Of a DNA stretch of 64,000 nucleotides, positions 1-12,886 are shown one piece after another. Origin of the DNA: Eukaryota sp. TZLM1-RC (lineage: Eukaryota; Protista; Metamonada: BaSk clade); the NCBI GenBank assembly GCA_040285825.1, contig JAUPSS010000007.1, forward strand, positions 2,144,689 to 2,208,688, read 5' to 3'. Below the pieces are notes generated by a model that saw only the letters and a program-made list of their open reading frames with translations, was not told where the DNA came from and searched no databases. The translations under genes and the position numbers were made by a program. The stretch's first letter is position 1; each line of letters starts with the position of its first letter.

Positions 1-3000
1 TATCAGGCCTGATAATTTGCCTCATAATTTAATTTGTAAATGTTCTCGGAATTTTTTTTTTCTTCCTCTACATATAACCGTTTAACTTAAAACCTGGCTG
101 AACCGAGATCATTGCTTCTATTCTTTCTTGTTGATGTCTGAATCAGTTTCTGATTCTAATGGAGTCAAAAGAAAGAACGATAGTCAACAAGATGCTCAAG
201 ACGTCCTTTCCACCTCTCCTCCTCAACCTCTTCTCTCTTCATTTTTGGACAAAAAAAATTCTGATCAAGAATTTTTAGACAATCACGATGAAAAAAAAGT
301 TTGTTCAAAAACAAAGCCACGCTCCTACAGATGCTCAAAGTGTCGACAACAGGGACATAATGCTCGAACATGCCCCAATGTTGGAAAAAATGATGCGGCA
401 AATTCTGAAACAAAATGTAAAAAGAAAATTTATTAGAAGGAAAGAGTCTAAGGTAGAACCCATAAATAATGCTCCACAAGTTGTTGCAAAACCAGTTAGC
501 AATCGATTGAAGCACAAAACGTGCAACACTTGTGGTATTTCTTTTAGAAAAAATGCAAAAGGAAAAACTTCTGATCGCTGCTTGAAATGCCGCATAGTTG
601 ATAACTACCATCCTCCTATAAGAATACCTCAAGAAATTCATCCGACCAAATGCAATGAATTTGCTTTCGTTTTTCAAAGATTTTTGGATCAATTATGTAA
701 AGGAAAGTATGCTATCAATATTATTTGGGAATTTTTTGGTTCTTTTTGTCCTCCTTTTGAACAAAATTTCGTTAATATTTCCGAAGATTTAACCAATATA
801 GCACCGAGAAATCAGTCATCCGAGAAATTAAGTAAAATTTTTGAAGACAAATGCTTTGACAACAAATGGTCCAAGGCTTTGTCAGCTTTAAGTCCCGGAG
901 TCAAAGCACCGAACAATGAAGATACAGTAGATAAACTGAAAATACTTCATCCTTATGAAGACCCTGTTATGGATCAAAATTTTTACGGCACATACTGGGA
1001 AAATTATCCATTGATGCCATCAGAAGTTTTTTCGGTTATCAAAAAGAGACCTCGTGGTAAGTCTGCCGGACTTTCTGGTATTACTATTGATCATGTAAAA
1101 GCCGCGATTATTTCTTCAGAAGATTGCCTTGGTTTAATGACCAAATTTTTCAACCAAATATTATCTGGTCAACGCAAGTACCCAGAAGAATTAAGAAGTT
1201 CTCGTTTGACTGCACTTGTCAAAAATTCAAAAATGGATGTTCGTCCTATTGCAGTCTCTGAGAGCTTACATAATATTTTTTCTGCGTGTTGCTTAAGCAG
1301 GTTCAATGAAAAAGCTAAAAAGATTGTATTACCCTTTCAATATGGTATAAATACTACAGATGGAGTCTCTTCAGCGATTTTTGCTACTGATGTCTTATTT
1401 CGTCAAAATGAATCCAATGTTTGCATGTCATTGGATTTTAGTAATGCTTTCAATTCGCTAAGTCGTCGCAGTATCCATGGTGCTCTATTGCAATATATGC
1501 CAGAATTAATACCATATTTTCAATCAACATATTGCACATATTCTAATTTACATTTTGGTAACAACATTTTGATTTCATCCAGTGGCGTAAAGCAAGGAGA
1601 TCCGTTAGGACCTCTTTTGTTTTGTTTGGCCATTCATCCTATTCTACTGCAAATTCAAGAGATGTTTCCTTCACTAAAAATGATTGCATATATGGATGAT
1701 GTTGTGCTTATTGGTGAATTAAATATTGTGAAAAAAGCAACTGTATGTTTTAAAGAATTATTTACCAAAATTGGTCTCCGACTTAATTTACTTAAATGTG
1801 TTTTGTTATCGAATTCTCCAGTTTCCACAATAATTGATGATATTGAAATTCAAGCAAAATTATATTCAATTGATGCTATTCGTCATTTGGGTTCGTTTTT
1901 AGGAAATAATGATGAAATTACCAAAAAATTGTTTGAAAAGTTGAACTCAATTTCTGACAAAATTGACCGAATGATGAATTTAGATATAAAAAAACACATC
2001 AAATTTACCATTATAAGACTGTGTTTTAGTTCCAATTTTAATCATATATTTCGATCTACAAATCCTCTCGTCACTAGACCTTTGGCTCAAAAGTTTAATG
2101 AGTTACGTGCAAAAGTTCTGTCTCAATTACTGGGATGTAAAATGTTTCAAATTCCAGATCATGCTTACCTTAGTCCACAATATGGTGGTTTAGGGTGGAC
2201 GAAGGCTTCTATTCTTACCTCGTGTGCTTTTTGTTGGTGGATGCAGAAATGCAATCTTTGAGTTCTCCGAAAGATTTGCAGATTGGGAAGATTTATTGAT
2301 GACAACGCAAAGTTCCACTGTTTTTGCATTAAATGAAGAAATTTCAAGAATTGATGTAGAAAAATGGGGTCGATGTTTTCCCCAATCATTCAATGGCAAT
2401 ATTCCAGAAAAAAATGTTTTAAATTTGAAGTACACTCTTCGAACATTACAGAAAAAGATTGACTGGAATGTATGAAAAAGATCTTTATAATAATATTTGC
2501 AGCTCGGCTGTTTTAAATCAAGATCTTCACTCATTGTTATTGGAAAAGGGTGTTTGTGAAAACAAGGTGTCAGATTCTTCACTTTTTGTAACCATTGTAC
2601 CACGAAGATTTGGATTGTGTGCTACTAATGAAGCATTTGTAACAAAAATGAGATTATATTTGAACATCCCCATTAACCAATTATTATCAAAAGAAAAATG
2701 TATTTGTTCGAATTCACCTCAACTCACTTTGCGCCATGCTCTAAATTGCTCTAAATTGATAACTTATCGTTCTTCATTACATGATGCTGTTAGAGACACT
2801 GTTTTCAATATGGCACAAACTGCAAGGATATCGTGTATCAAAGAGCCCCTGCTGAAAGAAACACTTTCTCTGAATAATTTTGGTTCTGATGATAGAGGTG
2901 ATGTATACTGTGATTGGATTGATAATTCTGAAGCTATTGTTGACTTTGTCTCATGTAATGTTGCAAACGATACTTTGGTTCACAGAAGAAAACTTAATCC

Positions 3001-3393
3001 TGTGGCTGCTCTGGATTTTAAAGCAAAAGAAAAACATAGAAAATATGATAAAGAAATTGAAGATGCAAATATCGATAGAAATACACAGCTGGTTTTTATT
3101 GCTTTTCCATTTTCGATAAATGGAAGATTATCAGTTGAAGCAGAAACTTTTTTTGGATGACTTCCAAAAAATGGTGAAAGAAAAAACAATGAAAAGATTT
3201 GATATTTTTTTATGGCGTTCACGGATTCAATTTGCCATTATTAATAGATTACCGCGGTTTTTCAATCGAATTAGAGAAGCTTTAGCTAGACAGCAAGCAA
3301 ATCAAGATTTTGTAGAGAAAATCTTGGTTTAATGATAGTCGTCCCATTAGTTATGATTTAATTTAATCAAGTGTGCAAATTCAATAAATAAAT
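1..3393 (+). mobile_element. Near-complete CRE-clade (RLE-type) non-LTR retrotransposon, family A
   Basis: Consecutive ORFs encode a CCHC knuckle (CSKCRQQGHNARTC), a CxxC..CxxC finger, RT (RPIAV, QYG, LDFSNAFN, GVKQGDPLGP, YMDD), a C-terminal CxC..HxxxC finger and a restriction-like endonuclease (HDAVRD..EP..RGD..D..K). Ends in AATAAATAAAT at about 3383-3393. The 5' boundary is uncertain. Confidence 0.93.
134..3332 (+). CDS. Single RT-RLE polyprotein of the CRE element, split by about 4 frameshifts
   Basis: ORFs 128-436, 288-2261, 2224-2475, 2459-3160 and 3120-3332 join into one domain series. Breaks fall mostly in A/T runs (about 420, 2230, 3150). First ATG at 134. Confidence 0.85.
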
Positions 3394-3394
3394 A

Positions 3395-3797
3395 GAAATT
3401 TCCAATTATTCATTTGCTAAATTGTCAAGATTTAATTACTTTAAGAAGTAAGGTTCACGATGCTGTAAGAGATCAATTACTTTGTATGTACAAGTCTCAT
3501 AGAATTGAATCCTGTTTGAAACCTTTGTTATCAAACCTGTTTGATTCTGAAGATGATTTTCATAAGAATAATTGAGGTGATGTCAATTTCAACAGATTAG
3601 AAATTTCAACAGATTGCTTTAGCAAAATAGCATTGTGTTTTCTATTTTTAAGAGGATGTTGAAGTTGGTTTCTGATGCTTTGCTTTCTCTTGGATCACAC
3701 TATGAGAGAGCTGCATCAAGTTGTTTTGTTTTGGGAAAGATGGATTATTTAGATGTTGATTTATAAGTTTTCTAATAAATAATTATAATTAAAAAAA
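3395..3797 (+). mobile_element. Decayed 3' fragment of a CRE-type element (family B)
   Basis: Reads VHDAVRDQL..SHRIES..QNSIVFSIF. Similar to 44940-45520. A-rich tail. Confidence 0.7.
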
Positions 3798-3949
3798 CCA
3801 TGAATATAAATCATTCACTGTAGGAAAATTTGTTATTTGATACAGCAACTCAATCACTTTGTGTGATATTAACAATCAGATTTTTTTAGTGGATATTGAG
3901 GTGTCCTAGAATCGACCTACAAGAATTTTTATTAAATGAACAAATTTTA

Positions 3950-5244
3950 TTTTTTTATTTATTTTCCACTTAATTTCAAAACAAAACAAAACAAATTAAA
4001 ACACATAAGAAACAAAATTCTCCACACTAACTCTTGAAGAATCCTTGTAAAGCTTGGACATCATTAAATTTACATACTTGGGAACACTTCTGTATAAAGC
4101 AAGAATGAACACGATTCTTCCATAAAAACCCAACAAAATTCTCATTAATTGAACGACAAAGATTATCAAAATCATCAGAACAATTCAAACCAGACTGACC
4201 AATATTACCAAAAATCGGGAAAGCAATAGGAACAAAAGAAAACTTCCAGTAAAGGTTCTTATTTAAATCATAACTAACTCAGCATATTTGTTTCGTTTAC
4301 GAACCTCAGCCTTGTCCAAATAGCAATTAGAACTAAGACATCATCACAACAAATTGAAGCAAAGGGATCAATAGTAGTAAAATCAACAACAACTTGAAAG
4401 GAATCCACAAAAGGAGCAATTAAATCACCACAACAAGAATCAAACAAATTATTATCGCTAAAATGCTTCAACAAGGGTTCTACTTTGCAACTGGAATTGT
4501 AACACTTAAACATTTCATAGGTCACATCACGAACAGCATTATTAAGAACTGACCGATATTGAAAAAACTTCTTACAACTCACAATATGACGAAAATTGGC
4601 AGACCGTTTTTACAAGCAGAATTATTCAAATGTGCACTCGGATACAACCCTGATCTCAACCACATGTTTTGTTTCCAAGCTTAACTTCTTAGGTGAAGAC
4701 CAAATCGCCTTGGTTGCTGAGAAATTAAACTAATTCATTTTTGAATGTCTGACAAAAAGGCAGCAAAGACATAATTATTAATCTTAGTCACACTAAATCG
4801 TTTAGAGAAGTCTAGGTCTTCAAAACCATTCAGAACAGACCTTTGTAATTTCACAACAGCATGATGAAGATTAGTCACAGATCTCGAAGGGACAGAAGGC
4901 AAATTTGAAGGAAAACACATATTCCACACATCATTAAATAATTCTTGTACCATATTTTTAGGAGACTTCAATAAAGGATGTGATTCTTTCAATTAGACTT
5001 CATCAAACCGAAGTTTCCACTAAAGTAGAAAATTTTTCATACCACCAATAAAAGCACTTTTGCATCAATATTCTGCTTTTGAAAAGCCGAATCTAGCAAA
5101 CATAGGACTAAGGTAGACATGATAAGGAATTTTTAACGGACATACTTGCACCAAATTACCTCAAAAATTGGATCTCAAAGCATTAAATTGACGTGCAAAA
5201 TCATGGGAAATTGTGGAGAATAAGGAACGGAAAAGGTGATTAAA
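3950..5244 (-). mobile_element. CRE-type element (family C), 3' part; interrupted by Gypsy-1
   Basis: Minus-strand remnants NAVRDVTYEMFK..VEP..GDL..DFT. Removing Gypsy-1 and one TAAA restores SKFNHLFRS, homologous to SNFNHIFRS in family A. Confidence 0.8.
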
Positions 5245-5323
5245 TGTTGCCTAAAGTCTATTGTAGTAAAGAAAAGTCTGATTTATTTTCTATTCATATT
5301 ATATAAGCCTTAGGGCGCCAACA
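5245..5323 (-). repeat. 3' LTR of Gypsy-1 (79 bp)
   Basis: Exact direct repeat of 12462-12540 with TGTTG...CAACA termini. Contains TATATAA and AATAAA on the element strand. Confidence 0.95.
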
Positions 5324-5471
5324 CTGCTTCTTCCCTTTTTCAAAATAAATCAGCTTATATGAATATGAAATAAAAACTATATACAATTAACAAAACAACT
5401 ATAATAAATACATATAATCGATATAATATAAATAATATAATATAATATAAATAATCGATATAAACTAAGAA

Positions 5472-8400
5472 TTAGCTCCTCTTCCTAATTCTATTACTGC
5501 GTCTAGGCTTCTTAGAAGGCGTAGACTCATTGGAGGTACCTTGTCGTCGACTAATGGTACGTTTTCCAATTTTCTTGTTATCCTTACTAAATAACTTATA
5601 AGCTTCTGAGTGTCTAACCGAATGGAGTGGCTCTTCTGTTGTCTCACCGCCAAACCACTGAACAGTACAGAAACTACCTGAATCAGAGTGGTATTCTGAG
5701 AGGATTTTCTCTATAACGTGTTTTTCGGAATCGCCCGCAGCGACTGCCTTGAGGAATTCAATGTCCTGTGGATTTTCTGCGTTATAGATTTTGCAATCTT
5801 TCTTGGCAGCTTTTAATTCTGAGCCAGTAGTAAGATTCTTCAATAATAAAGTGGATTTGGAAGGAAGGTCAATAACTAAAAATGGTCCATTCCAAGATCC
5901 ATGCAATATATTATTTTGCTTGGTTTTACGTAAGACGTAGTCACCAATATTAAATACTATAAAACACGAATTAGTATTATCTACTGAAGACGGAGTATTT
6001 AATGTTTGGTGACGCTCTGCTTCTTCCCTTTTTTCTTGTAGACGAGTGTTTTTCATTTTGATGTCATCTAATAAAGGGATATTAGTTTCAAATTTGGATA
6101 AATTTCCTAATATATTAGCAGGGTCTGTTCTTGGACTAATCGAAGAACCGAACATGAGTTCGTATGGGGTAAAACCAGTTTTTCTGCTTTTAGTAGAATT
6201 TATTAATAGTTGGGATATAGGTACGTATGTAGACCAATTTCCGTAATCATTGAAATCTATTAATAGTTTCCTTAAGCATTGAAGAACGTCTCTATGTTTA
6301 CGTTCTACAAGTCCATTACTTTCTGAATAGTGGGGAATTGAGTTACTCATCTCAATCGCTAATCTGTTACACACTATTTTGAAAGTCTCATTGGCGAACT
6401 CAGGTCCATTATCACTATGAATTAACATAGGTATGCCAAAGATAGCGCAAACATTCCAAATCAAGGCATCTGCGGTTTCTAAGGCATTGAGTTCTTTTAG
6501 AGGGACTAAAATTGTATATCCAGTAAAAGAGTCTACAAATACTAATAGATATTTATTTCCTTCGTTGTCAGAATTTAGGGGTCCAATTGTATCGACATTT
6601 AATCTGGCAAAGGACGATCTGCCCATAAAGATCCTGTGGAAGGTGTTTTGATCTTTTAACTGGAGCCGTTTTTTGACAAGTTGGGCATCTTTTGACATGA
6701 TTAATAAGGTCCTTTCTCATATTGGGCCAGTAGAAATCACTTTTGGACAGTTTGTGTAAACTATCGTTTTTGCTGGGGTGACCAGATTGAACCAAACCAT
6801 GTATTAATAATAGTGCCTGTTTTCTGAGGCTCTTTGGAATCAAAATTTTGTTTTTATTATTTTTCCAAATTTGAGTGTTTACATCTAGAATTGCGTTATC
6901 AAATAAAGAGTCGTTGTTGTTTTTGGCTATTTGTTGTTCAGATCTTATCTTAGACAGCCAAGAAGAAAAAATAGGTAGGTCTTGGTGTCTACTTAGAGAT
7001 GAGATTGAAGGGATGTCTTCAAGATCCGAATCAGAATCATCGTCTAGTGGAGGTATCTCGTAATTTGAAAGTAAAGTGTCTGGTATATTTATACTACAAA
7101 TAGAAGGAGTTTCCTCGTTTTGATCCAAATCAATATTCCTCGATAACATATCTGCCCAATGGTTGTCTTCACCAGGTTCGTGGACTATGTCAAAGTCGAA
7201 TTCAGATAGTATCGGCAGCCATCTCTTTACAATTCTATTTTTCTCTGGGGCTGTAGCCAGGAATGCAATGTTTTTATGATCTGTGAAAATTGTTAAATGT
7301 CTAGTCAACAAGTAGCTTTCTAAACAACTTTCAGTTAAAATCAGAAGTATTGCGTATAATTCTTTTTGTAAGGTGGACCATTTTCTTTGTGTTTCTGTAA
7401 GTAATCTACTATAGAATGACAAAGGTTTCACTTTCCTTTTATTTAGCGGGGTTCCTGCAGGAGAGTATGGTTCAATTTCTTGCCAAATAACACCTCCTAC
7501 TGCTACATCTGATGCGTCAGTACTTATTAATACGCGCTTGCCCGGAGCTGGTAATTCAAGGGGCATGTGGTTTACTATTAGGTCTTTTATTTGTTTTAAG
7601 TAATCGTCATGCTTGCAAGTCCATTTAATTATTCTGGGTTTTCCTTTAATTAGCTCGTTAATTGGAGCAATTAATTCAGAAATACCTGGAAGCCAATCTC
7701 TAATATAATTGATGGATCCTACCAATGAGCGAACTTCTTTCACTGTTTTTGGTCTAGGGATTCTCATCAAGGCTTCGATTTTTTTCTTACTTATAAATCT
7801 AGTTTTATCCTGGAAGGTACTTCCTAAAATGTCGATAGGGTGTTTTGATGTTACGAATTTACATTTACGTAAGCCTATATTTACACGTCTATTTCTGGCG
7901 CATTGGAGGACTCTTTGTAATCTCTTATAGAATTCTTCGAAAGTCGTTTCAACTATTATGATATCATCAATATATATAAAAACGCCATCAATTTGGAATA
8001 TTTCCATCATTACATTTTGGAAAACTGCTGGGATGTTCTTTAATCCGAAGCAAGCTCTTTTAAACATAATTGATCTTCCAGGGATTGAGATTGATGTTTT
8101 CTCAATATCCTTCTCAGCAACATTCATCTGCCAGAAAGCTTTTGGTAAATCAAGCGTGGCGATGTAATTTGCTCTACTCAAAAATTCTAATATATCACTA
8201 ATCCTAGGTAGATTAGGCTCTACTGAAATCGTATGGGCATTAACTCCATCTTTACCACTAAAGTCTCCAGTTAACCTGGGTTTTTTTGCCGTCAGGGTAT
8301 ATAACTAAGACAATAGGAGAGCTGAATTTATAATTAGATTCAACTGCATAGCCCATTTCGATCAGTTCATCAAATATTTTGTTTGCTATTTCCATTTTGC

Positions 8401-11400
8401 TGGGATTTAACCGTCTAGCAGGTTTATGTACTATAGCATTCTCATCTCTAAAGGGGATTGTTAGAGGATTACAATCGATTCCTTTTCTATTAGGAGTTTC
8501 ACTAAAAACATCGCTGAATAATTTTAGTAGACTCGTTAATTTTAATTTATTATTACTATCATCTAAATTTATCTCACATCCAGATCTTGCTAATTGCTCC
8601 TCAAAATCAGAAGGACTTGGTGATTGGTTATCTAAGTTCCCAATCGAATGTTGAGCGATCCTAGAGTCGAATTCTGATTCTGCATTTAGCAAAGTGCGGT
8701 GTTCTTTGTCTAATCTAATGAAAAGACCATCATCCGTCTGAAGCCCAAGTGCTTTTAACATGTCTGTCCCTATTAATAATTTGTTCGAACCCGGGATTAT
8801 GGGAAGAGTATGTTTATAGTGAACTTGTTGCGCAATGCTTCCTACGTTGAACGACAGAATACCAGTTGCACTCCCTAGCGATTTTGTGGATACGTTATTA
8901 GCTGGTAAGAACTTAATAGTATCCTTGCTATTGATTGACATATGGCATTGTTCAGCTAAATCTGCAGTAATAACTGAACAAAACGCAGCCGAATCTATAG
9001 TCGCAATCATTTTAATATCATTTATTGATATCTCCAGTCTTAGAAATGGAGAACGCTGGGACCTGACGTGGTTTTCACTAACCGTAGAATTAATATCAAA
9101 AATGCTATTGATATCAGAGCTGGTTTGGTGAATTTGTAGAGGAATTAAAAGATTTTGTTGAGCTGTTGGAAAGTTGTTGACTGGGTTTCCTAAATCGGTT
9201 GTTGATTGGTTGTGATTGATTGCGTTGATATGTACCCGATTAGGAAAGTTGCCTGTCCTGCTGTTCCGGTTGCTGTTGTTGATCCGTCTGTGAGGAACCG
9301 TACTCGAACGGGTCGGTTTTGACTCAGTAGGGGATGCGTTTGATGATATGTCCTCTGTTGTGTTTATGTTATGTATAGGTCTGTACTGACCTCTTCCTTT
9401 ATGACCTCTATAACGGCCTCCACGGCCTCTAAATTTGAATCTATGTACACGTCTACCACGGCCACCTCGGCCCCTTTCTACACTGCCTCTACTAGCAGGC
9501 GCCTCCTGTTCTCCTAATCTGAATCTTTCTTCTTTGGGAACTCTGCTTCTAGCACAACGAGGATCTTTGCATTCGAATACAGTGTGGCCAACAGGATTGT
9601 TACCTTCGACGTTGCTGCAGAATGTACAGAATTTTGACCCTTCTCGTTCATGCTTTTCAGGGATGTATTTGTGTTGAGGGGTTCCTCTTGACTTTCCACC
9701 TGATCGTCTTGCTCGTTTTGTTGGAGCCTGGGCTGATGGTGTTACTCCTCTTGAGTAAGTTCTCATTGCCGTGAGTCCCAAAGGAATATCTTCTTCGTTA
9801 GCCCTGTTCCTTAGTACATCCATTGTGGGCTTGTTTCCTGCTGTGTAACACCAAGCGAGGAAATGTCTTCTCGTTGTCGATATCAAATCGAGTAGAGTTG
9901 TTTTGTTCGGTGAGTCCCACAAGGATTCCCTAGTCCATACTGGGAGGAGTTCGCTTGATATAGCAAAGTTATCCAGACCCATAAGGAAGTACTCGGCTAT
10001 TAGAGCGGGAGATATGGTTATCAACCCACTGCTTCCTCTAATTAAATCGGGGATGGTTAGGTCGGTCATGTAGGTGGTCATTCTCAAGACGTCTCCAAAA
10101 TCTTCTACATAACGACCAAACTCGTTGTCAGCCTCATGCCTATTGTGGATTTTCCTCCAATTTATTCTAGGCTTCATTAGAGCTGTACAAGCCTCATGAT
10201 ATGATGTGAATTGCGTTCTTTTTAACAGAAATACCATGACGTCGGCGTCGGTATAATCAACACCGAGTAAACCTTGACTCTGCCATCTAGATAGAAGGCT
10301 AGGGTCGATCATGCTGGATATTCCTGTGGGGCAAGTGCTCATCATCATGCTCCTAAATAAATCATAATGGTGGATTGGGGGTCCGAGCTTATCTGTTATA
10401 GCTGGATCAATCCTTACCAAAGGCTGTGTTGTATCCCTGGTGATCTCGTCGCGTATATGTTTGGGGAGATCTTTAATCCTATCTTGGGTTATTTCTGCTT
10501 GGCCTTCTCCAAATAGCTGGGTAGCTATCATAAAGGCTCTGGTCCAATCTGATTGACCTGGGGCTTCGAAGCTTCTATTAGCTATCTTTCGCCCGTATTT
10601 ATCCCAAGTTTGATATTTTAAAAGAAAAGCTATGATAGACATTTTGTTAATAGGGTCATCAGCGGATAATCGAGGTCTTTTATAGTCGATATCCTTAGAC
10701 CGTGGATCAATCTGTCTATGAAGGCTACTAGCTATGCTCATGTCAATAGCTCTTCTTGAGGATTGTAGGTCCTCAATACGCATAGGTCTATCGGAAGAAG
10801 AGTCTCTTACTGAGGGTTGAGGAGGAGCCGTTTCTCCAACGACTGGCCCGTTCAACTCAATGTCTTCTCCAATTTCACTTTCCATGGGTTGACAGGAAGT
10901 TGGTTCTTCCTGAGGTGCAACGTCTTGTCTTGTTACAGGTTCCGGGTCGTTCACTGTTGGAACATGATCGGGTATGCTGTCGATAGAGCAGACCTGTATT
11001 GGTTGGCTTTTTTCAGAAATTATAGGGGCTACAACAGGCAGTTTGGGAAGGTGGAGAGATGTGGATGGATCTCCCGTTACCCATTGTCTAAACTCTCGTT
11101 GTTTTGTGAACGAGTTACCATGTTGTTGGGTGTAGTTGTTAGGACGGCTCCTATACGTGGATACAGCTGATCGTTCCGTATGAATGTTATTTAGAGCGTC
11201 TGCATCAAACCAGGGGGTTACTGGTTCAAGCTTGTCTTGTTCACTACTATCCTCCTGCTCCATAAATTCCCTAAAATATGTGGGAGCACCCTCTGTCAGC
11301 TCCGTGTAATTATGGATTTCCGTATCAAAGTTAGGATCAAACCAGGCAGGCAATTTGGATTGTAGGATGTCTTCCGAGTCGGTCCTACTTCTCTGTTCGA

Positions 11401-12384
11401 TGGAGAGAAACCTTATTCTCCTGCCGTATTGATCTAGGAAGGAGGCCTTCCAATCCAATCTATCTTTGATGGGAAGAGACATCAATTCATTGATTCTCTT
11501 GTCCATTCCAGAGATTCTGGGGCGGCGTTCTGCGTTACGCCCGAATGTCTCTCTACTCAATTTATCGAGTGCCTTTATGAGTTCATTCCTTTCATTGAGG
11601 GGAATTTCCAATACCTTTTGGGTATCCCCAATCATTCCGAGGGTCTGAAAACCAACGTTTCTGCCTCTTTTTGAACGTAACTCCATAAAGGGGGAAGTTG
11701 CTCGAACAGACAGAAATCTGTTGGTTCGAGGTAAGCCTCCGCGTCCTCTCTTAATAACTTGTAGAACCCCTCAGAAGAGTCGTCTTCTCCCTCCATTTCA
11801 TCTAGTTGAGATTGAATTTCTTCATATTCTCCTAATGGGGAAGACGTGTCTAAGGTGGGATCTCCATCCGTTCCCTTTGAGACAGGTTCTAGAATTGGGA
11901 GGGGAGAGGGAGCCAGGTCCGTTCTCGTTGCCTCTTCCATTGCTTTGAGGGGAGAGGGAGCCGGGTCCGTTCTCGTAACCTCATCTGTTTCTTTTTTCCT
12001 GAGGGGAGAGGGAGCCGGGTCCGTTCTCGTTGCCTCATCTGTTTCTTTTTTCCTGAGGGGAGAGGGAGCCAGGTCCGTTCTCGTAACCTCATCTGTTTCT
12101 TTTTTCCTGAGGGGAGAGGGAGCCGGGTCCGTTCTCGTAACCTCATCTGTTTCTTTTTTCCTGAGGGGAGAGGGAGCCGGGTCCGTTCTCGTTACCTCTT
12201 CTGTTGTTGAAGATGGAGGAACCTCGTCCACTCTTTCATCTTCTTCTACATTAAGGGAGGGGGAGGTGGGATCCGGGTCCGTTGCCTCGTTGCCCTCTAT
12301 ATCATGTGTATGTGACGCTGGTACCTGCTGCATATTAAGTGGTGGATTAGAGTCAGAGATATCTGGTTGGGAGATGTCTGACAT
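5472..12384 (-). CDS. Gypsy-1 gag-pol polyprotein (Gag with Zn finger and RGG tract, protease, RT, RNase H, integrase, chromodomain-like), with homopolymer-associated frameshifts
   Basis: Protease IDSAA; RT TLDLPKAFWQ and YIDD; RNase H ISTDASD..ELYA..TDHKN..WADMLSR; integrase H..H..CPTC, DTIGPL, HSDNGPEF, NGLVER; GPF motif; VIEKIL..VQWFG..TEEP. Confidence 0.9.
11895..12200 (-). repeat. 54-bp coding tandem repeat in the Gag N-terminus (VTRTDPAPSPLRKKETDE), 4 full plus 2 partial units
   Basis: Directly visible in the DNA and in the 250-aa ORF 11632-12384. Confidence 0.92.
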
Positions 12385-12461
12385 GCTGTAAAGTGTCTGA
12401 AGATGTTCGCTAATGCTGAAGTTATGGTATACCTTTTGACTTTAAAATGGCCAATAATTAT

Positions 12462-12540
12462 TGTTGCCTAAAGTCTATTGTAGTAAAGAAAAGTCTGATT
12501 TATTTTCTATTCATATTATATAAGCCTTAGGGCGCCAACA
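12462..12540 (-). repeat. 5' LTR of Gypsy-1 (79 bp)
   Basis: Exact direct repeat of 5245-5323. Confidence 0.95.
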
Positions 12541-12830
12541 TAAACTTTGATCCAAAACATACATTCAGGACCGAAAACGCTAAATGCATGTCAATGTTGG
12601 CTCCCTAAAACTTATATAAACTTATAAACTTAAGCGAAAAATTGAGTTGAAAGCATTTTTGAAATCAATAAGCAATAAATAATTTTCGCTTTCTTTGAAA
12701 AAGTGAATCTGTACACAAAGCAGCACAGGTTGTTCCATCAGGATCTCCAGGTGCAAACTTATAAGGCCGAAAGAAAGTAATTGCGGATAACTTAATTCTA
12801 TTAAAACAAATAATTGCCAACAAATTGATC
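12541..12830 (-). mobile_element. CRE-type element (family C), upstream part on the other side of Gypsy-1
   Basis: Reverse complement reads LNVCFGSK into the TSD, preceded by a GDPDG..LLCV remnant of the GDPLGPLLFC RT motif. Confidence 0.7.
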
Positions 12831-12886
12831 ATTCTTTGAATAGAATAAATCTATTCTTACGAGTTAAATATTTATACCAAATACTT

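Larger units (their letters stand above)
5245..12540 (-). mobile_element. Full-length Ty3/Gypsy LTR retrotransposon (Gypsy-1) with chromodomain-like C-terminus
   Basis: Identical 79-bp TG...CA LTRs. 4-bp TSD TAAA at 5241-5244 and 12541-12544. PPT AAAAAGGGAAGAAGCAG next to the 3' LTR. Domain order gag-PR-RT-RH-IN. Confidence 0.96.

Noticed and set aside
8275-8292. Frameshifts in Gypsy-1 and CRE-A as programmed ribosomal frameshifts
   Set aside because: They fall inside conserved domains at homopolymer runs throughout the window (about 420, 2230, 3150, 6610, 6650, 8285, 11642), the pattern expected from long-read indel errors or decay.
11895-12200. Regular repeats resembling a CRISPR array
   Set aside because: Contiguous 54-bp in-frame units with no unique spacers and no cas genes. 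The same applies to the 90-bp repeat at 40294-40600.
12530-12537. TGGCGCCC resembling a tRNA-Lys primer-binding site
   Set aside because: It lies at the outer start of the LTR, not downstream of it, and is only 8 nt.
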